Source: Chthonomonadales bacterium (lineage in GTDB: Bacteria; Armatimonadota; Chthonomonadetes; Chthonomonadales; CAJBBX01). Taken from it: a DNA stretch of 23,071 bases. Made by a program: the position numbers and the translations under genes. The stretch is taken from the NCBI GenBank assembly GCA_049967475.1, contig JBMFSQ010000005.1, forward strand, positions 1-23,071. The letters are read 5' to 3'. The notes under the pieces are model-generated. The model saw only the letters and a list, made by a program, of their open reading frames with translations, was not told where the DNA came from and made no database searches. This document shows, piece by piece, positions 1 to 9,067 of this stretch (its first letter is position 1; the number at the start of each line of letters is the position of its first letter).

Positions 1-369
1 CAAAACTCCTCGGATGGAACCTCCACTGGATCAGTAAAACTCAAGGCGTCGTCCTGGACTGTCCTCGCGCCGGAGAACGGCACAGCAAGCGCTCGCGGTC
101 GCCCTCAACGCTTCTGCCAGGGCCGTAGAGAGGCAACACAATCCGGGGAGCCTGCACAATGCGGGCGTGCATTGTCCTCCTCGTTTCGCGGCGCCAGGCA
201 TCCAATTGCCGGCGGGTGCTTCACACAAAACTCGGGCGCCGAAGAACCAAGGAACAGGGCGGCCGGACGTTGCCTCACACCCACGGATTTCCCGATGATG
301 TGGGCAGGAGCGGCGCAACCATGAACTGTGGGGCGTTGAGTGCGCCTCCAGATGCGGTTGATAGGAGGT

Positions 370-423
370 GCTGGGGATCCTCACCATTGTGAAAGGCGTC
401 TTGCTGTGGCAGAGGATCCCAGC
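370..423. repeat. Imperfect inverted repeat / possible stem-loop in the intergenic region upstream of the glycoside hydrolase operon
   Basis: GGGATCCTC (374-382) is the exact reverse complement of GAGGATCCC (412-420). It extends by GCT/AGC with one bulged G, around a 29-nt loop. No U-tract follows on either strand, so it is not a classic intrinsic terminator. Confidence 0.4.
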
Positions 424-501
424 TTGTCTGCGCCGAAATGGTGATAGGCGCGGGCACGTTTGTGCAACGCGCACTTACACCCAGTATAAAGAGCCACGGC
501 C

Positions 502-1248
502 ATGATCCCAGCTTGTGCCTGCGCAGCCATCCTCGCAGCCACTGCGCTTGGCGCACCCCTCCAGCCGGAGCCAATCCGCGTGCTGATCGTTACCGGCGGC
601 CACGACTTCGAGCGCGAAGCGTTCTTTGACATCTTTCGCGCCATGCCGGGCGTGTCCTTCCGTGAAGTGGCGCACCCAGCCAGCGACGCGCTCTTCAAAC
701 TCCAAGCAGCCCGCTCCTACGACGTCCTGCTGCTCTACGACATGTGGCCTTCCCTCTCGCAGCAGGCGCAGGGCGACCTCCTGCGTTTGTTACGCCAGGG
801 CAAAGGGGTTGTAGCGCTTCATCATTGTTTGGCCGGCTATCCGGACTGGCCCGAATACCAGCGCATCCTTGGGGGCCGCTATTTCCAGAAGCCTCACACC
901 GAAAACGGCGTCACTTTGCCGCCCTCCAATTACCGGCACGGCGTCGCCTTCCAGGTGCACGTGGTAGACCCGAAGCATCCGGTCACCCGCGGCCTAAAGG
1001 ACTTCGACATTGTAGACGAGACGTACCATGGGCTCGCAGTAGACGCGGAGGTAACTCCCCTGCTGACAACATCCGAGCCCTCCAGCAGCCCCGTGATCGC
1101 CTGGACACACCGATACGGCGCGTCCCAAGTGGTAACCATCGCCTTAGGCCACGACCACACTGCGTATCTCAACCCTGCGTTCCGTACGCTGCTTCGACAA
1201 GCGATCTTCTATGTTGCGCCAAAGAAAACCCCCAACGATGGCCGCTGA
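502..1248 (+). CDS. ThuA-like domain protein (class I glutamine amidotransferase-like fold), probably secreted
   Basis: 248-aa ORF. Motifs RVLIVTGGH, GKGVVALHH, HPVTRGLKDFDIVDETY and LGHD are typical of ThuA (trehalose utilisation) family proteins. The N-terminus is hydrophobic and Ala-rich (AAILAATALGA). Confidence 0.85.
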   Translation: MIPACACAAILAATALGAPLQPEPIRVLIVTGGHDFEREAFFDIFRAMPGVSFREVAHPASDALFKLQAARSYDVLLLYDMWPSLSQQAQGDLLRLLRQGKGVVALHHCLAGYPDWPEYQRILGGRYFQKPHTENGVTLPPSNYRHGVAFQVHVVDPKHPVTRGLKDFDIVDETYHGLAVDAEVTPLLTTSEPSSSPVIAWTHRYGASQVVTIALGHDHTAYLNPAFRTLLRQAIFYVAPKKTPNDGR

Positions 1249-4200
1249 CACGCTACTCTGCATCAGGATTTGGCCCGTCCTTGCCCTGAACCTCGTTTTC
1301 CTCGAGATGTCCCCACCCGCTGGTACCCAAGGACCGCCGCCGCTCTGGAACGTCAGCGCCGCTCAGATCGCAGGAACCGCCCCGGTGCCGCAACCAACCT
1401 GGCTTGGGAACCCTGCCGCAGAGATCAAGGCACAGCGGGAAGGCTCCCGCCTGCACCTTTCGGTGGGTGATCCCGGGCGGGGAATGAAGTGGACCATCCC
1501 CCTGAACAGTTGGCCGAACCTATCTTCCTACAAGTACCTTGCCGTCCGGTATCGGGCGCGGGGTGTGTCCGCCGGGTCCGATTACTTCATCTGGCTGGGG
1601 CGCACCGAGGGCGGCCGCCATATGGAGGCCCAACCCATGGCGCTCAGCGAACTCCAGGATGACGGCGCATGGCATATAGCCGTCGCAGAAATCAAGGTTG
1701 AGTTCGCTCCAACGCTCATGGCATTGCAGCTTCAGGCGCGAAATTCTTCCCGCGCAGACCTATGGATTGACGGGCTCACCTTCAGTGCCGAGCGGCCAAC
1801 GTTTCCACTCGCCGACATATTGGAACTGAAGCCTCGGCGAGGTGCGTTTCCTCCCGGCATGATCCCGGTGGATTTAACCCGGCAGGCGGATGCGTCCATC
1901 GCAGATGCCCTCTCAGGCTTCGGCCTAACGGGTTGGCCGGAAACCCGCTCCATCACAACCATGGGCGTTCCCTTCCTGCTCCCGCCGCAAGGTCGCGCGG
2001 TCGGCATGCGAGGGCTCAACCGGAGCATCCACATCCCTCTCTCCGGAACCGCATCCGAGATCTACCTTCTTCTGGCCGCAACCTTGCCGAAGCAGGATCT
2101 CACCTCCGTGCTCGGTGCAACGCCCATGCGCCGGTTTGACACCCCTGAGCGCTTCGTGGTGCGCCTCACATACGCCACAGGCGAGAATGACGAGGCCTTT
2201 CCGATCCCGGCGGGAGCGCAACGCTACGCGGTGGAGGCAGGCCTTGCGGTTTACTGCGTCCCTGTCCCCAAACGCCTCCGCCTAATCCGCGCCACGTTGA
2301 TCAACCGCATGGAAAGTGCGAGCTTCCTCCTGGCAGGCGTTACAGTCAACCGAGGCACACCTCGCCAGCGCCTGCCTTTCGTGGCGACGCTGCCACCGCC
2401 TGCCCCGTCCAAGCGCGACGTGCCCGGGCCCGCCTTCATCCGGCGGATGCCTGGAGGCTATCTCTTGGGCAACAGCCTCATCACGTTGGAAGTCCGCACC
2501 CTGCCCGGCATTGGCGTGGGCGCCATTACGAACCGGTGCCTGCATGCAGCCGTAATGGGGGCAAAGGCCGGTGCACTCTTCGAACTTGAATGTTCCGGCA
2601 AGCGCGCCAGTTCCTTGGACGTGCGCGCGGAGACCGCAAGCATCTGCTCCACGGCGTCGGGGCGAATTCTGCGCATTCCTTTCACCGCCGAACCCCGGGG
2701 GCTCCCGCTCCACGGGATGTTGGATTGCCGGGTCGCGGGAGCCGACATCCTCATGAGCCTTCACGTCCAGGTGACCGGCTCGGCGCCGGTGCTGCCTTCC
2801 GTGCGCTTTCCCGTCCTTAGAGGATTGACGCTCGGCCGCGACACCTGGTACCTCTGGGCGGGTAAGACCGCCATCCTCAACCATGTGCCGGTGTCCCTGC
2901 GGGGGTGGTACGGCGGCGAGTATCCGCTGCAGATTGCCGACCTGTTCAATCCCGCAGCTCGAGGCGGCTTCACACTGGCAACCTACGACCTCAAGGATAT
3001 CTACAAACAATGGCAGTTGGACAAAGGGACCCAGGGCGTGGATTTGGCCATCCAGTACTTCCCCCGCGAATACCGTCCAGGAGAATGGGTGGAGACGGCT
3101 CCCACTGCAGTAAGAGCACACAGCGGCGATTGGCGTCAGGCTATAACCGCGTACCGAAAGTGGTTGGCTACCTGGTATCGGCCGCAGGTGCCGCGCAAGC
3201 GCTGGTTTCAGAGGTGCTTCAACTACCGTCAATATCTGGCCTGGACGCAGCTTCGCCGCGCGGATGGCACATGGCGCATGGACGAGGTAATCCGCAAAGA
3301 CCGGGCTTTCTTCGGATGCATTGACTACCTGCACATCTTCGATTTCGGGGAGTCGCATATTTACGGGCGCGTAGGCGATTACAACCACTACGGCGAGCTG
3401 GGCGGCCGGGACGCCATGGCGGCAGCCATCGCCCGTGCCAAACAGATGGGTGTTCCCGTCGGCCTCTACATCGAAGGATATCTTTGCGACGAGCGCGCCC
3501 AATGGGGCAAGGAGAACGTACTCAAGTATGGCATCCGTAAGGCCGACGGATCACCCTTGTTATGGGCGCCTGGGTCCACCGAACACATGATGTGCCCCGC
3601 TGCATCGGGATGGCGGAGCCACCTGGCGGATACCTACCGGCGCGTGGCCGCCGAACTCAGTCCCAGCGGAATGTACATTGACCAATATGGTTTTGCAGAC
3701 ACGTGGAAGGTCTGCTACTCCCATGAACACGGCCACCGTGTACCGGCCCCTCCCTTACGAGGAGAATACGGCACGCTCCGGGCAATCCGGTCCGCCACAC
3801 CGGCACCGATTGCCACACTCACAGAAGAGGTGCCCTGTGACGTGAATTCCCAGTGTCAGGACGGATCGCTCGGATATTCCGTTGCCTTTAGCGATGCCGA
3901 TCTAACGCCTAGCCGCTTCCACCTGTTCCGCTTCGTGTTTCCAGACTTCAAAGTATTCCAGCTCGTGTCGTACAATGACTTTGTGGAAGGAGGCTGGCAG
4001 CTCCTCAAGTTTCCGTTTTTCAATGGAGAGGGTATATGGCTTCAGAATGCGCACTCGGGCTTCTGCGCGGATGCCCACGCCTTCCTCGAGCAAGCCTTTG
4101 CCATCCAGCACGAGTATGCTGACGCCTTCACATCTCAGGATGTGGAGGTGCTCGTCCCTACACTCAAGCCGTCGGTCTATGCCAACCGCTTCCGCAGCCC

Positions 4201-4399
4201 CAGGGTAACCGTCTGGACACTCTTCAACGCGGAATTCCATTCTGTGCATGGATCGCTCTTGCGCGTGCCTTACCGGCGGGGAAAGCGCTACGTGGATGCC
4301 TTCTCGGGAACGGCCGTGCGCCCGGTGCGGAGAGGATCCTGGGTAGAATTGGGAGTTACGCTAGCACCCAAGGGTGTGGGGTGCATCGTGGAGAAATGA
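1238..4399 (+). CDS. Large multidomain putative glycoside hydrolase (DUF6259-like TIM-barrel domain with N-terminal beta-sandwich/CBM-like domains)
   Basis: ~1050-aa ORF. The start is uncertain (ATG 1211 or 1238, the latter overlapping the previous stop). It has a hydrophobic N-terminal segment and a beta-rich N-terminal region (YKYLAVRYRA...DGAWH...LWIDGLTF). The C-terminal barrel has VGLYIEG, SGMYIDQYG and CYSHEHGH, which I recognise from DUF6259-type proteins. The family call is by motif recall, not by search. Confidence 0.65.
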   Translation: MAADTLLCIRIWPVLALNLVFLEMSPPAGTQGPPPLWNVSAAQIAGTAPVPQPTWLGNPAAEIKAQREGSRLHLSVGDPGRGMKWTIPLNSWPNLSSYKYLAVRYRARGVSAGSDYFIWLGRTEGGRHMEAQPMALSELQDDGAWHIAVAEIKVEFAPTLMALQLQARNSSRADLWIDGLTFSAERPTFPLADILELKPRRGAFPPGMIPVDLTRQADASIADALSGFGLTGWPETRSITTMGVPFLLPPQGRAVGMRGLNRSIHIPLSGTASEIYLLLAATLPKQDLTSVLGATPMRRFDTPERFVVRLTYATGENDEAFPIPAGAQRYAVEAGLAVYCVPVPKRLRLIRATLINRMESASFLLAGVTVNRGTPRQRLPFVATLPPPAPSKRDVPGPAFIRRMPGGYLLGNSLITLEVRTLPGIGVGAITNRCLHAAVMGAKAGALFELECSGKRASSLDVRAETASICSTASGRILRIPFTAEPRGLPLHGMLDCRVAGADILMSLHVQVTGSAPVLPSVRFPVLRGLTLGRDTWYLWAGKTAILNHVPVSLRGWYGGEYPLQIADLFNPAARGGFTLATYDLKDIYKQWQLDKGTQGVDLAIQYFPREYRPGEWVETAPTAVRAHSGDWRQAITAYRKWLATWYRPQVPRKRWFQRCFNYRQYLAWTQLRRADGTWRMDEVIRKDRAFFGCIDYLHIFDFGESHIYGRVGDYNHYGELGGRDAMAAAIARAKQMGVPVGLYIEGYLCDERAQWGKENVLKYGIRKADGSPLLWAPGSTEHMMCPAASGWRSHLADTYRRVAAELSPSGMYIDQYGFADTWKVCYSHEHGHRVPAPPLRGEYGTLRAIRSATPAPIATLTEEVPCDVNSQCQDGSLGYSVAFSDADLTPSRFHLFRFVFPDFKVFQLVSYNDFVEGGWQLLKFPFFNGEGIWLQNAHSGFCADAHAFLEQAFAIQHEYADAFTSQDVEVLVPTLKPSVYANRFRSPRVTVWTLFNAEFHSVHGSLLRVPYRRGKRYVDAFSGTAVRPVRRGSWVELGVTLAPKGVGCIVEK

Positions 4400-6408
4400 T
4401 AATGCTTCCCTTTCCCGCTCCATCGTTTCAGCCGCCTCTCACGGCGTCCATCGTAGTGCACGTAACCCACCCAACAGGCAAAGTGAACCCTTGGATCTTC
4501 GGTACGAACTTGATCGCGTACCAACACCACGGCCCCCGCGTCAGCAACGAGGGTGACGGTGTGTGGGATCCCATCCGGAGGCGATCGGTCCCCCAAATGA
4601 CCGAGTTGGAAAAGCGCGCCGGCGTCACCGTGGCTCGTTGGCCCGGAGGTTGCGAGGCCCATACTTTTGAATGGAAGAAGACGGTAGGTCCCCTCGCCAA
4701 GCGCCCGAACCAACAGTGGGGACTTCCAGAGTTCCTGCAGCATTGCAAGGATATCGGCGCCGAGCCGCTCATAACGGTATCCGATTACACCGGCACAGCC
4801 CAAGATGCGGCAGATTTAGTGGAGTACCTCAACGCACCCAACGACGGCCGCCACCCCTGGGCCGCGCTGCGCGCATCCGACGGGCACAATCGGCCCTGGC
4901 ACGTTACGTGGTTCGAATACGGCAACGAAAGCGAACACGGGCTCCACTACACACAGGGCGACTTCGGAAAGTACCGCAAATTCACCCCGCAAGAATACGC
5001 ATACAACTACCTCGCCTACCGCAAAGCCATGCGCGCCGTGGATCCCCATATCCGCCTGGGAGCTGTTCTGGCAACCGGCTTCCCCGATCTGAACGTTTGG
5101 GCGAAGCCCGTGCTTCAGATCATCGGACCTGCGCTGGATTTCGCAATCCACCACTGTTACAAAGTGGGTTACTACGCGAACGACGGCAATCCGGATGCCT
5201 CCACACTCTTCCGGATTGCCCTGACGGCACCCGATCAGATCCAGGACTTCTACAATCATTTCAACCGCCTCATTCGTGAGGCAACCGGCCGTCCCGACAC
5301 ACCCGTGGCTGTGACGGAATATAACGGCCATTTCGTCCAAGAGCGACCGGTACCGTACCGGCACACTCTCGGCAACGCCTTGCTCAACGCCGAGATGATC
5401 CGTGTGTTTCTGCAGCCGCAAAACCACATCACGATGGCTTGCTTCTGGGAATTCCCCAATGAGTACTGGGGAGCCGTGAAGGGCTACGCGCTAAACGGCG
5501 AGCCGCTGGTACGCAGACCTCAATACTATCCCTTTGAGCTTTACCACGAGCACTTCGGCAAGGAGCTTGTGGCATGCGATGTAGACTGCCCAACCTACGA
5601 GAGCCCAGGGGGCTTCGGTCTTCTCCCCGCAAAGGGAGCGGGAACGGAAGAACGGATGCTCGACGAGGTCAAACTGGATGGGCCATGGGCGGTTACACCA
5701 GTGCCCGGCCTATCGCAAACCGTGCAAGGCGACACTCTGCGCGTCCAGTTCCAGGCAGGAACCGATGTCAACTACTACCACGCCGCAAAGACGCTGCCGG
5801 CAGCCTCCGGGAGCAGCTACCGAGTGTCCGCCTGGATCAAGACAAAGGGCCTCTCATCCTCCAATGGCGCGTGCATCCAGGTAGGCGATGCCCGGGGTTG
5901 GCCTGCCACGCATTCCGCCGCCGTAAGCCCTTCCATCACGGGCACACGCGAGTGGACGCGCGTGCAGGTTGATTACCACCCTTTACCTGACACGAAAGAG
6001 ATCCAGGTTCTGGCACGAAGGCTCGGCGGCGCAGGACCTGTTACGGGCACCGCATGGTTTCGGGATGTCCGCGCAATCCGTTTCCAGCCGCGGACCTTCC
6101 CCCACGTACCCTATTTGGATGTCGCCGCCGCGCGCACCATCCGTGGGCGCAAGGGGCGTGTAACGCTCATGATCGTGAACCGCAATCTCGAAGTTGAGGT
6201 GCAAGCCGTAATCCGTGTGCCCGGCTTTCGCGTGCGCTCCGCTCAAATGTGGACCCTGGCCGGCCCGTCCGTTGACGCCACGAACGAAGTGCAACCCGAC
6301 ACCGTAGCCCTTAGGCACCAACGCGCGCCGGCGTCCGGCGACGTCGTGCACCTGACCTTCCTCCCAGCAACTCTGAACGCCGTTGAACTGGAGGGCGAAC
6401 TCAAATGA
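4396..6408 (+). CDS. GH51-like alpha-L-arabinofuranosidase with inserted CBM4/9-like module
   Basis: ATG 4396 overlaps the upstream TGA (ATGA). Motifs include VNPWIFGTN, RWPGG, AQDAADLVEYLN, WFEYGNE (acid/base Glu of clan GH-A) and VAVTEYN (nucleophile Glu). C-terminal sandwich LDVAA...LMIVNR...TLAGPSVDATN. Internal segment SYRVSAWIKT...GTREWTRV...GTAWFRDV resembles CBM4/9. Confidence 0.8.
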   Translation: MIMLPFPAPSFQPPLTASIVVHVTHPTGKVNPWIFGTNLIAYQHHGPRVSNEGDGVWDPIRRRSVPQMTELEKRAGVTVARWPGGCEAHTFEWKKTVGPLAKRPNQQWGLPEFLQHCKDIGAEPLITVSDYTGTAQDAADLVEYLNAPNDGRHPWAALRASDGHNRPWHVTWFEYGNESEHGLHYTQGDFGKYRKFTPQEYAYNYLAYRKAMRAVDPHIRLGAVLATGFPDLNVWAKPVLQIIGPALDFAIHHCYKVGYYANDGNPDASTLFRIALTAPDQIQDFYNHFNRLIREATGRPDTPVAVTEYNGHFVQERPVPYRHTLGNALLNAEMIRVFLQPQNHITMACFWEFPNEYWGAVKGYALNGEPLVRRPQYYPFELYHEHFGKELVACDVDCPTYESPGGFGLLPAKGAGTEERMLDEVKLDGPWAVTPVPGLSQTVQGDTLRVQFQAGTDVNYYHAAKTLPAASGSSYRVSAWIKTKGLSSSNGACIQVGDARGWPATHSAAVSPSITGTREWTRVQVDYHPLPDTKEIQVLARRLGGAGPVTGTAWFRDVRAIRFQPRTFPHVPYLDVAAARTIRGRKGRVTLMIVNRNLEVEVQAVIRVPGFRVRSAQMWTLAGPSVDATNEVQPDTVALRHQRAPASGDVVHLTFLPATLNAVELEGELK

Positions 6409-8975
6409 AATGGCTCTTGCTTGCTGCTGCAGGCTGCCTCTTGACCTCTTCGGGAACTGCAGCCCAACAGCACCCATCCCAGCTCTTTACGACCCACTTT
6501 TTCGATTGGTACCACGTTTCGTCCAGCCGCCCCTATGCGTCGTATCAACGGCAGTGGACCTATCGGCCGCTTTGGGAGAGATACTCCATCCAGCCCAGCG
6601 AAATCGGCGTCAGCGAGCACTACTACGCCGTCCAGATGCGCATGATCCGCTCTGCAGGCTTCGACGGCATCCATTACGAATGGTACGGCGAGCAGCCCTC
6701 CGAAGCCTTTCTCCGAGCTATCGGGAATGCCCGGATGCACGTGGCCATGTTCTATGACCAGGAGATCCGGTTCAGCGGACACCCTGCCTTCATCAAGCCG
6801 ACGGCCGATTATCTCGCATCCGTTCTGCAGGACGTGACCTCCTTCTACGCCCGCATTCCGCGCCACCTATGGCTGCGCGAAGGAGACGGTTCCCTGCCCA
6901 TCATCTTCTATGCATACCAGTTCGACAGCAGCTTCCGAAATGTGAAGGATTGGGACCATTTTTACCGCAGTCTCCTCGACGGCTTGCGCAGCCGCCTAGG
7001 ATCACCGGTGCACATCTATTGGACCGACGCAGGGGCCATGCCCGAGGTCTACGCCTTCCAACACTTCCCCGAGATCACGTCCTACACGTTCGGCTGGTGG
7101 GGCGGCCAGACGCAGATCAATGCAAAGGCAGCCACACTCGTCGCGAGCTACGACGACAGGGGCGCCACCGTGCAGGGACGCGCCGCCCGAACGGTGGTGA
7201 ACGACCCTCTTTACCTACAACTGGATCTCGAGCTCGCGCGCATATCCAACCCAACCCTTGTGTTCAACTACGGGTGGAATGAGTTCTACGAGGGAGAACA
7301 CATCTTCCCTGATGCAACGTGGGGAGACTGGCGCTTGCAGGCACTCTCCGCGATCGTTCATGATTTGAAGCACCAATCACCGTTCAGGTCCCCGCGTGTC
7401 CTTATCTTGGCGGACGACCTCTTTCCGCGATGGCTCAACGGCCCACAGGAACCCTACGAAGCCGAACGCGCGCTCCTTCAATCGCTCCGATACCTTTTCC
7501 CGGGGGCGCGCGTGGTGTTGGCAAATCGGGCTGACCGCAAGATGCTGGCTGCGTACCAAATCCTGATTGCCATCAACCGCGACCGCACCAAACAGCAGGA
7601 AGAGGAATTATTGGAGTGCCTGCGCCGAGGGGCTCGGGTGGCCTTCATCAATAGTAGCGCTCAAAGCACAGGACCGCTCATGGCCCTTTTTGCCGCGGGC
7701 CCCCGCCGACCGGCTCTCACCGGCGTCCCACTACCCCCTGCAAACCAGTGGGTAGGCGCAAGCACTCCTGTAGACGTGGACGCCAACCGCTTCCCGATCT
7801 TCCATATTCGCGTTCGGAACAGCCCCAACACCTTCTACCATGTGCGGTTTCGAGGAGTGGATGCCCAAGGAACCAGCTATGAGAACCATGACAACGGCAG
7901 CCCCCTGGATTGGCAGACCACGGGCGGCGGCTGGGCAGAACGAACGGAGAATGCTAAGGAGATCCTGGAGAAGTTCGCGGGGAAGCCCATCGTCCGCATC
8001 ACCGGCGTCACGGTGATTGTGAACGGTACAGGAACTTCGGGTGATTTTCACGCGGAATTCCAGGATGGGCGCTTTACCGGTCCCAATGGCGAAGAGGGGC
8101 CCAGCGTGCCCTTCGGTGCAGCAAACGCATGGACGCCTGCCGCGAGCTTCGCCAACAGTAATCTCCCCGGCATGCCATGGGGAGGCGTGGGCAATCAGGG
8201 TGGGGGCATTCTTCAACTGACGCTCAAAGCCCGCATGCCCGGCGACACTCCAATAGACGCTGCCACCCAGATTTTTGCCCTCCGTCGCGGAGTGAAGGTG
8301 CTGACTTCAGCGCCCTTCCAAAAAAGAGCGGTGCCGATCCTCCTTCAATCCGCGAATGCGTACTGCATCAACAGCAGCGCGCCCACCCTTCCGGTCTACG
8401 CCGCGCTCCTGCCGCGCCTTGGGCTCCCCGCCGCCCACCAGGTAGGGTTCCTCACCTTCCAGGCGGTTCATGGCAGGGTCACGGCCAACCATCCTACAGC
8501 GGTGACCAGCCTCGAGCCGGCCGAACTCCCGCTGGATTGGGTGCGCATGGTGCACCTAGCCGACATGGTGCTCCCGGCTGAATACGCCTATCCGGTGACG
8601 TCTCGGCCCCTTGCAATGGTGCGGACGCACTCCAATTCCGTCCGTGCCGAGGAAGTCACCACCACCGTCCTTCCCAACTCCGCCTGCTCGGTACCCGGCC
8701 GCGTGCGGCTTCAGCCCGGAGACACGGTAGATTTGTACCGGCTTCCTATACGGGTTACTCCACGAAGCGGGGTGGTGCAGGTGCGTTGTATCCAGTACCA
8801 GGCCGACCACGCCGCCCTGGTGATTATGGGGAGGGGGCGCGCTCGGGTAGCGGCAACGCGTCGCAATGTGCGGATCCTGTCCAACGGACGGCCCGTGCGG
8901 GCGGAGGTCCGCTTGCCGTGCACTCTGCTCCTGCGCGGCCGGTTGGAATGGCACTCACAGCCGGCCGCACCGTAG
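6405..8975 (+). CDS. Secreted multidomain protein with N-terminal GH99/GH71-like glycoside hydrolase domain
   Basis: 856-aa ORF with an ATGA overlap, SD GGAGG upstream and a clear Sec signal (MKWLLLAAAGCLL). FFDWY, AGFDGIHYEWYG and GWNEFYEG match the GH99-like pattern (xNEWHEG, catalytic E-x-x-E). The remaining ~530 aa are not recognised. Confidence 0.6.
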   Translation: MKWLLLAAAGCLLTSSGTAAQQHPSQLFTTHFFDWYHVSSSRPYASYQRQWTYRPLWERYSIQPSEIGVSEHYYAVQMRMIRSAGFDGIHYEWYGEQPSEAFLRAIGNARMHVAMFYDQEIRFSGHPAFIKPTADYLASVLQDVTSFYARIPRHLWLREGDGSLPIIFYAYQFDSSFRNVKDWDHFYRSLLDGLRSRLGSPVHIYWTDAGAMPEVYAFQHFPEITSYTFGWWGGQTQINAKAATLVASYDDRGATVQGRAARTVVNDPLYLQLDLELARISNPTLVFNYGWNEFYEGEHIFPDATWGDWRLQALSAIVHDLKHQSPFRSPRVLILADDLFPRWLNGPQEPYEAERALLQSLRYLFPGARVVLANRADRKMLAAYQILIAINRDRTKQQEEELLECLRRGARVAFINSSAQSTGPLMALFAAGPRRPALTGVPLPPANQWVGASTPVDVDANRFPIFHIRVRNSPNTFYHVRFRGVDAQGTSYENHDNGSPLDWQTTGGGWAERTENAKEILEKFAGKPIVRITGVTVIVNGTGTSGDFHAEFQDGRFTGPNGEEGPSVPFGAANAWTPAASFANSNLPGMPWGGVGNQGGGILQLTLKARMPGDTPIDAATQIFALRRGVKVLTSAPFQKRAVPILLQSANAYCINSSAPTLPVYAALLPRLGLPAAHQVGFLTFQAVHGRVTANHPTAVTSLEPAELPLDWVRMVHLADMVLPAEYAYPVTSRPLAMVRTHSNSVRAEEVTTTVLPNSACSVPGRVRLQPGDTVDLYRLPIRVTPRSGVVQVRCIQYQADHAALVIMGRGRARVAATRRNVRILSNGRPVRAEVRLPCTLLLRGRLEWHSQPAAP

Positions 8976-9067
8976 CAAAGAGGAAGGCTGCTCCATAACC
9001 GGTCCACCCGACTGACGGACGGATGCATGCGCACCGGATTAGGGCAGGCTCGCACAACGACGGGCTT

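Noticed and set aside
460..490. Promoter for the glycoside hydrolase operon (TATAAA at 485-490)
   Set aside because: A -10-like hexamer is present but no good -35 at 17-nt spacing, so it is too weak to call.
2282..3502. 406-aa minus-strand ORF
   Set aside because: Antisense shadow inside the DUF6259-like gene, with no motifs.
8976..9067. Intrinsic terminators between convergent genes (also 17803-17867)
   Set aside because: No convincing hairpin plus U-tract was found in either gap.
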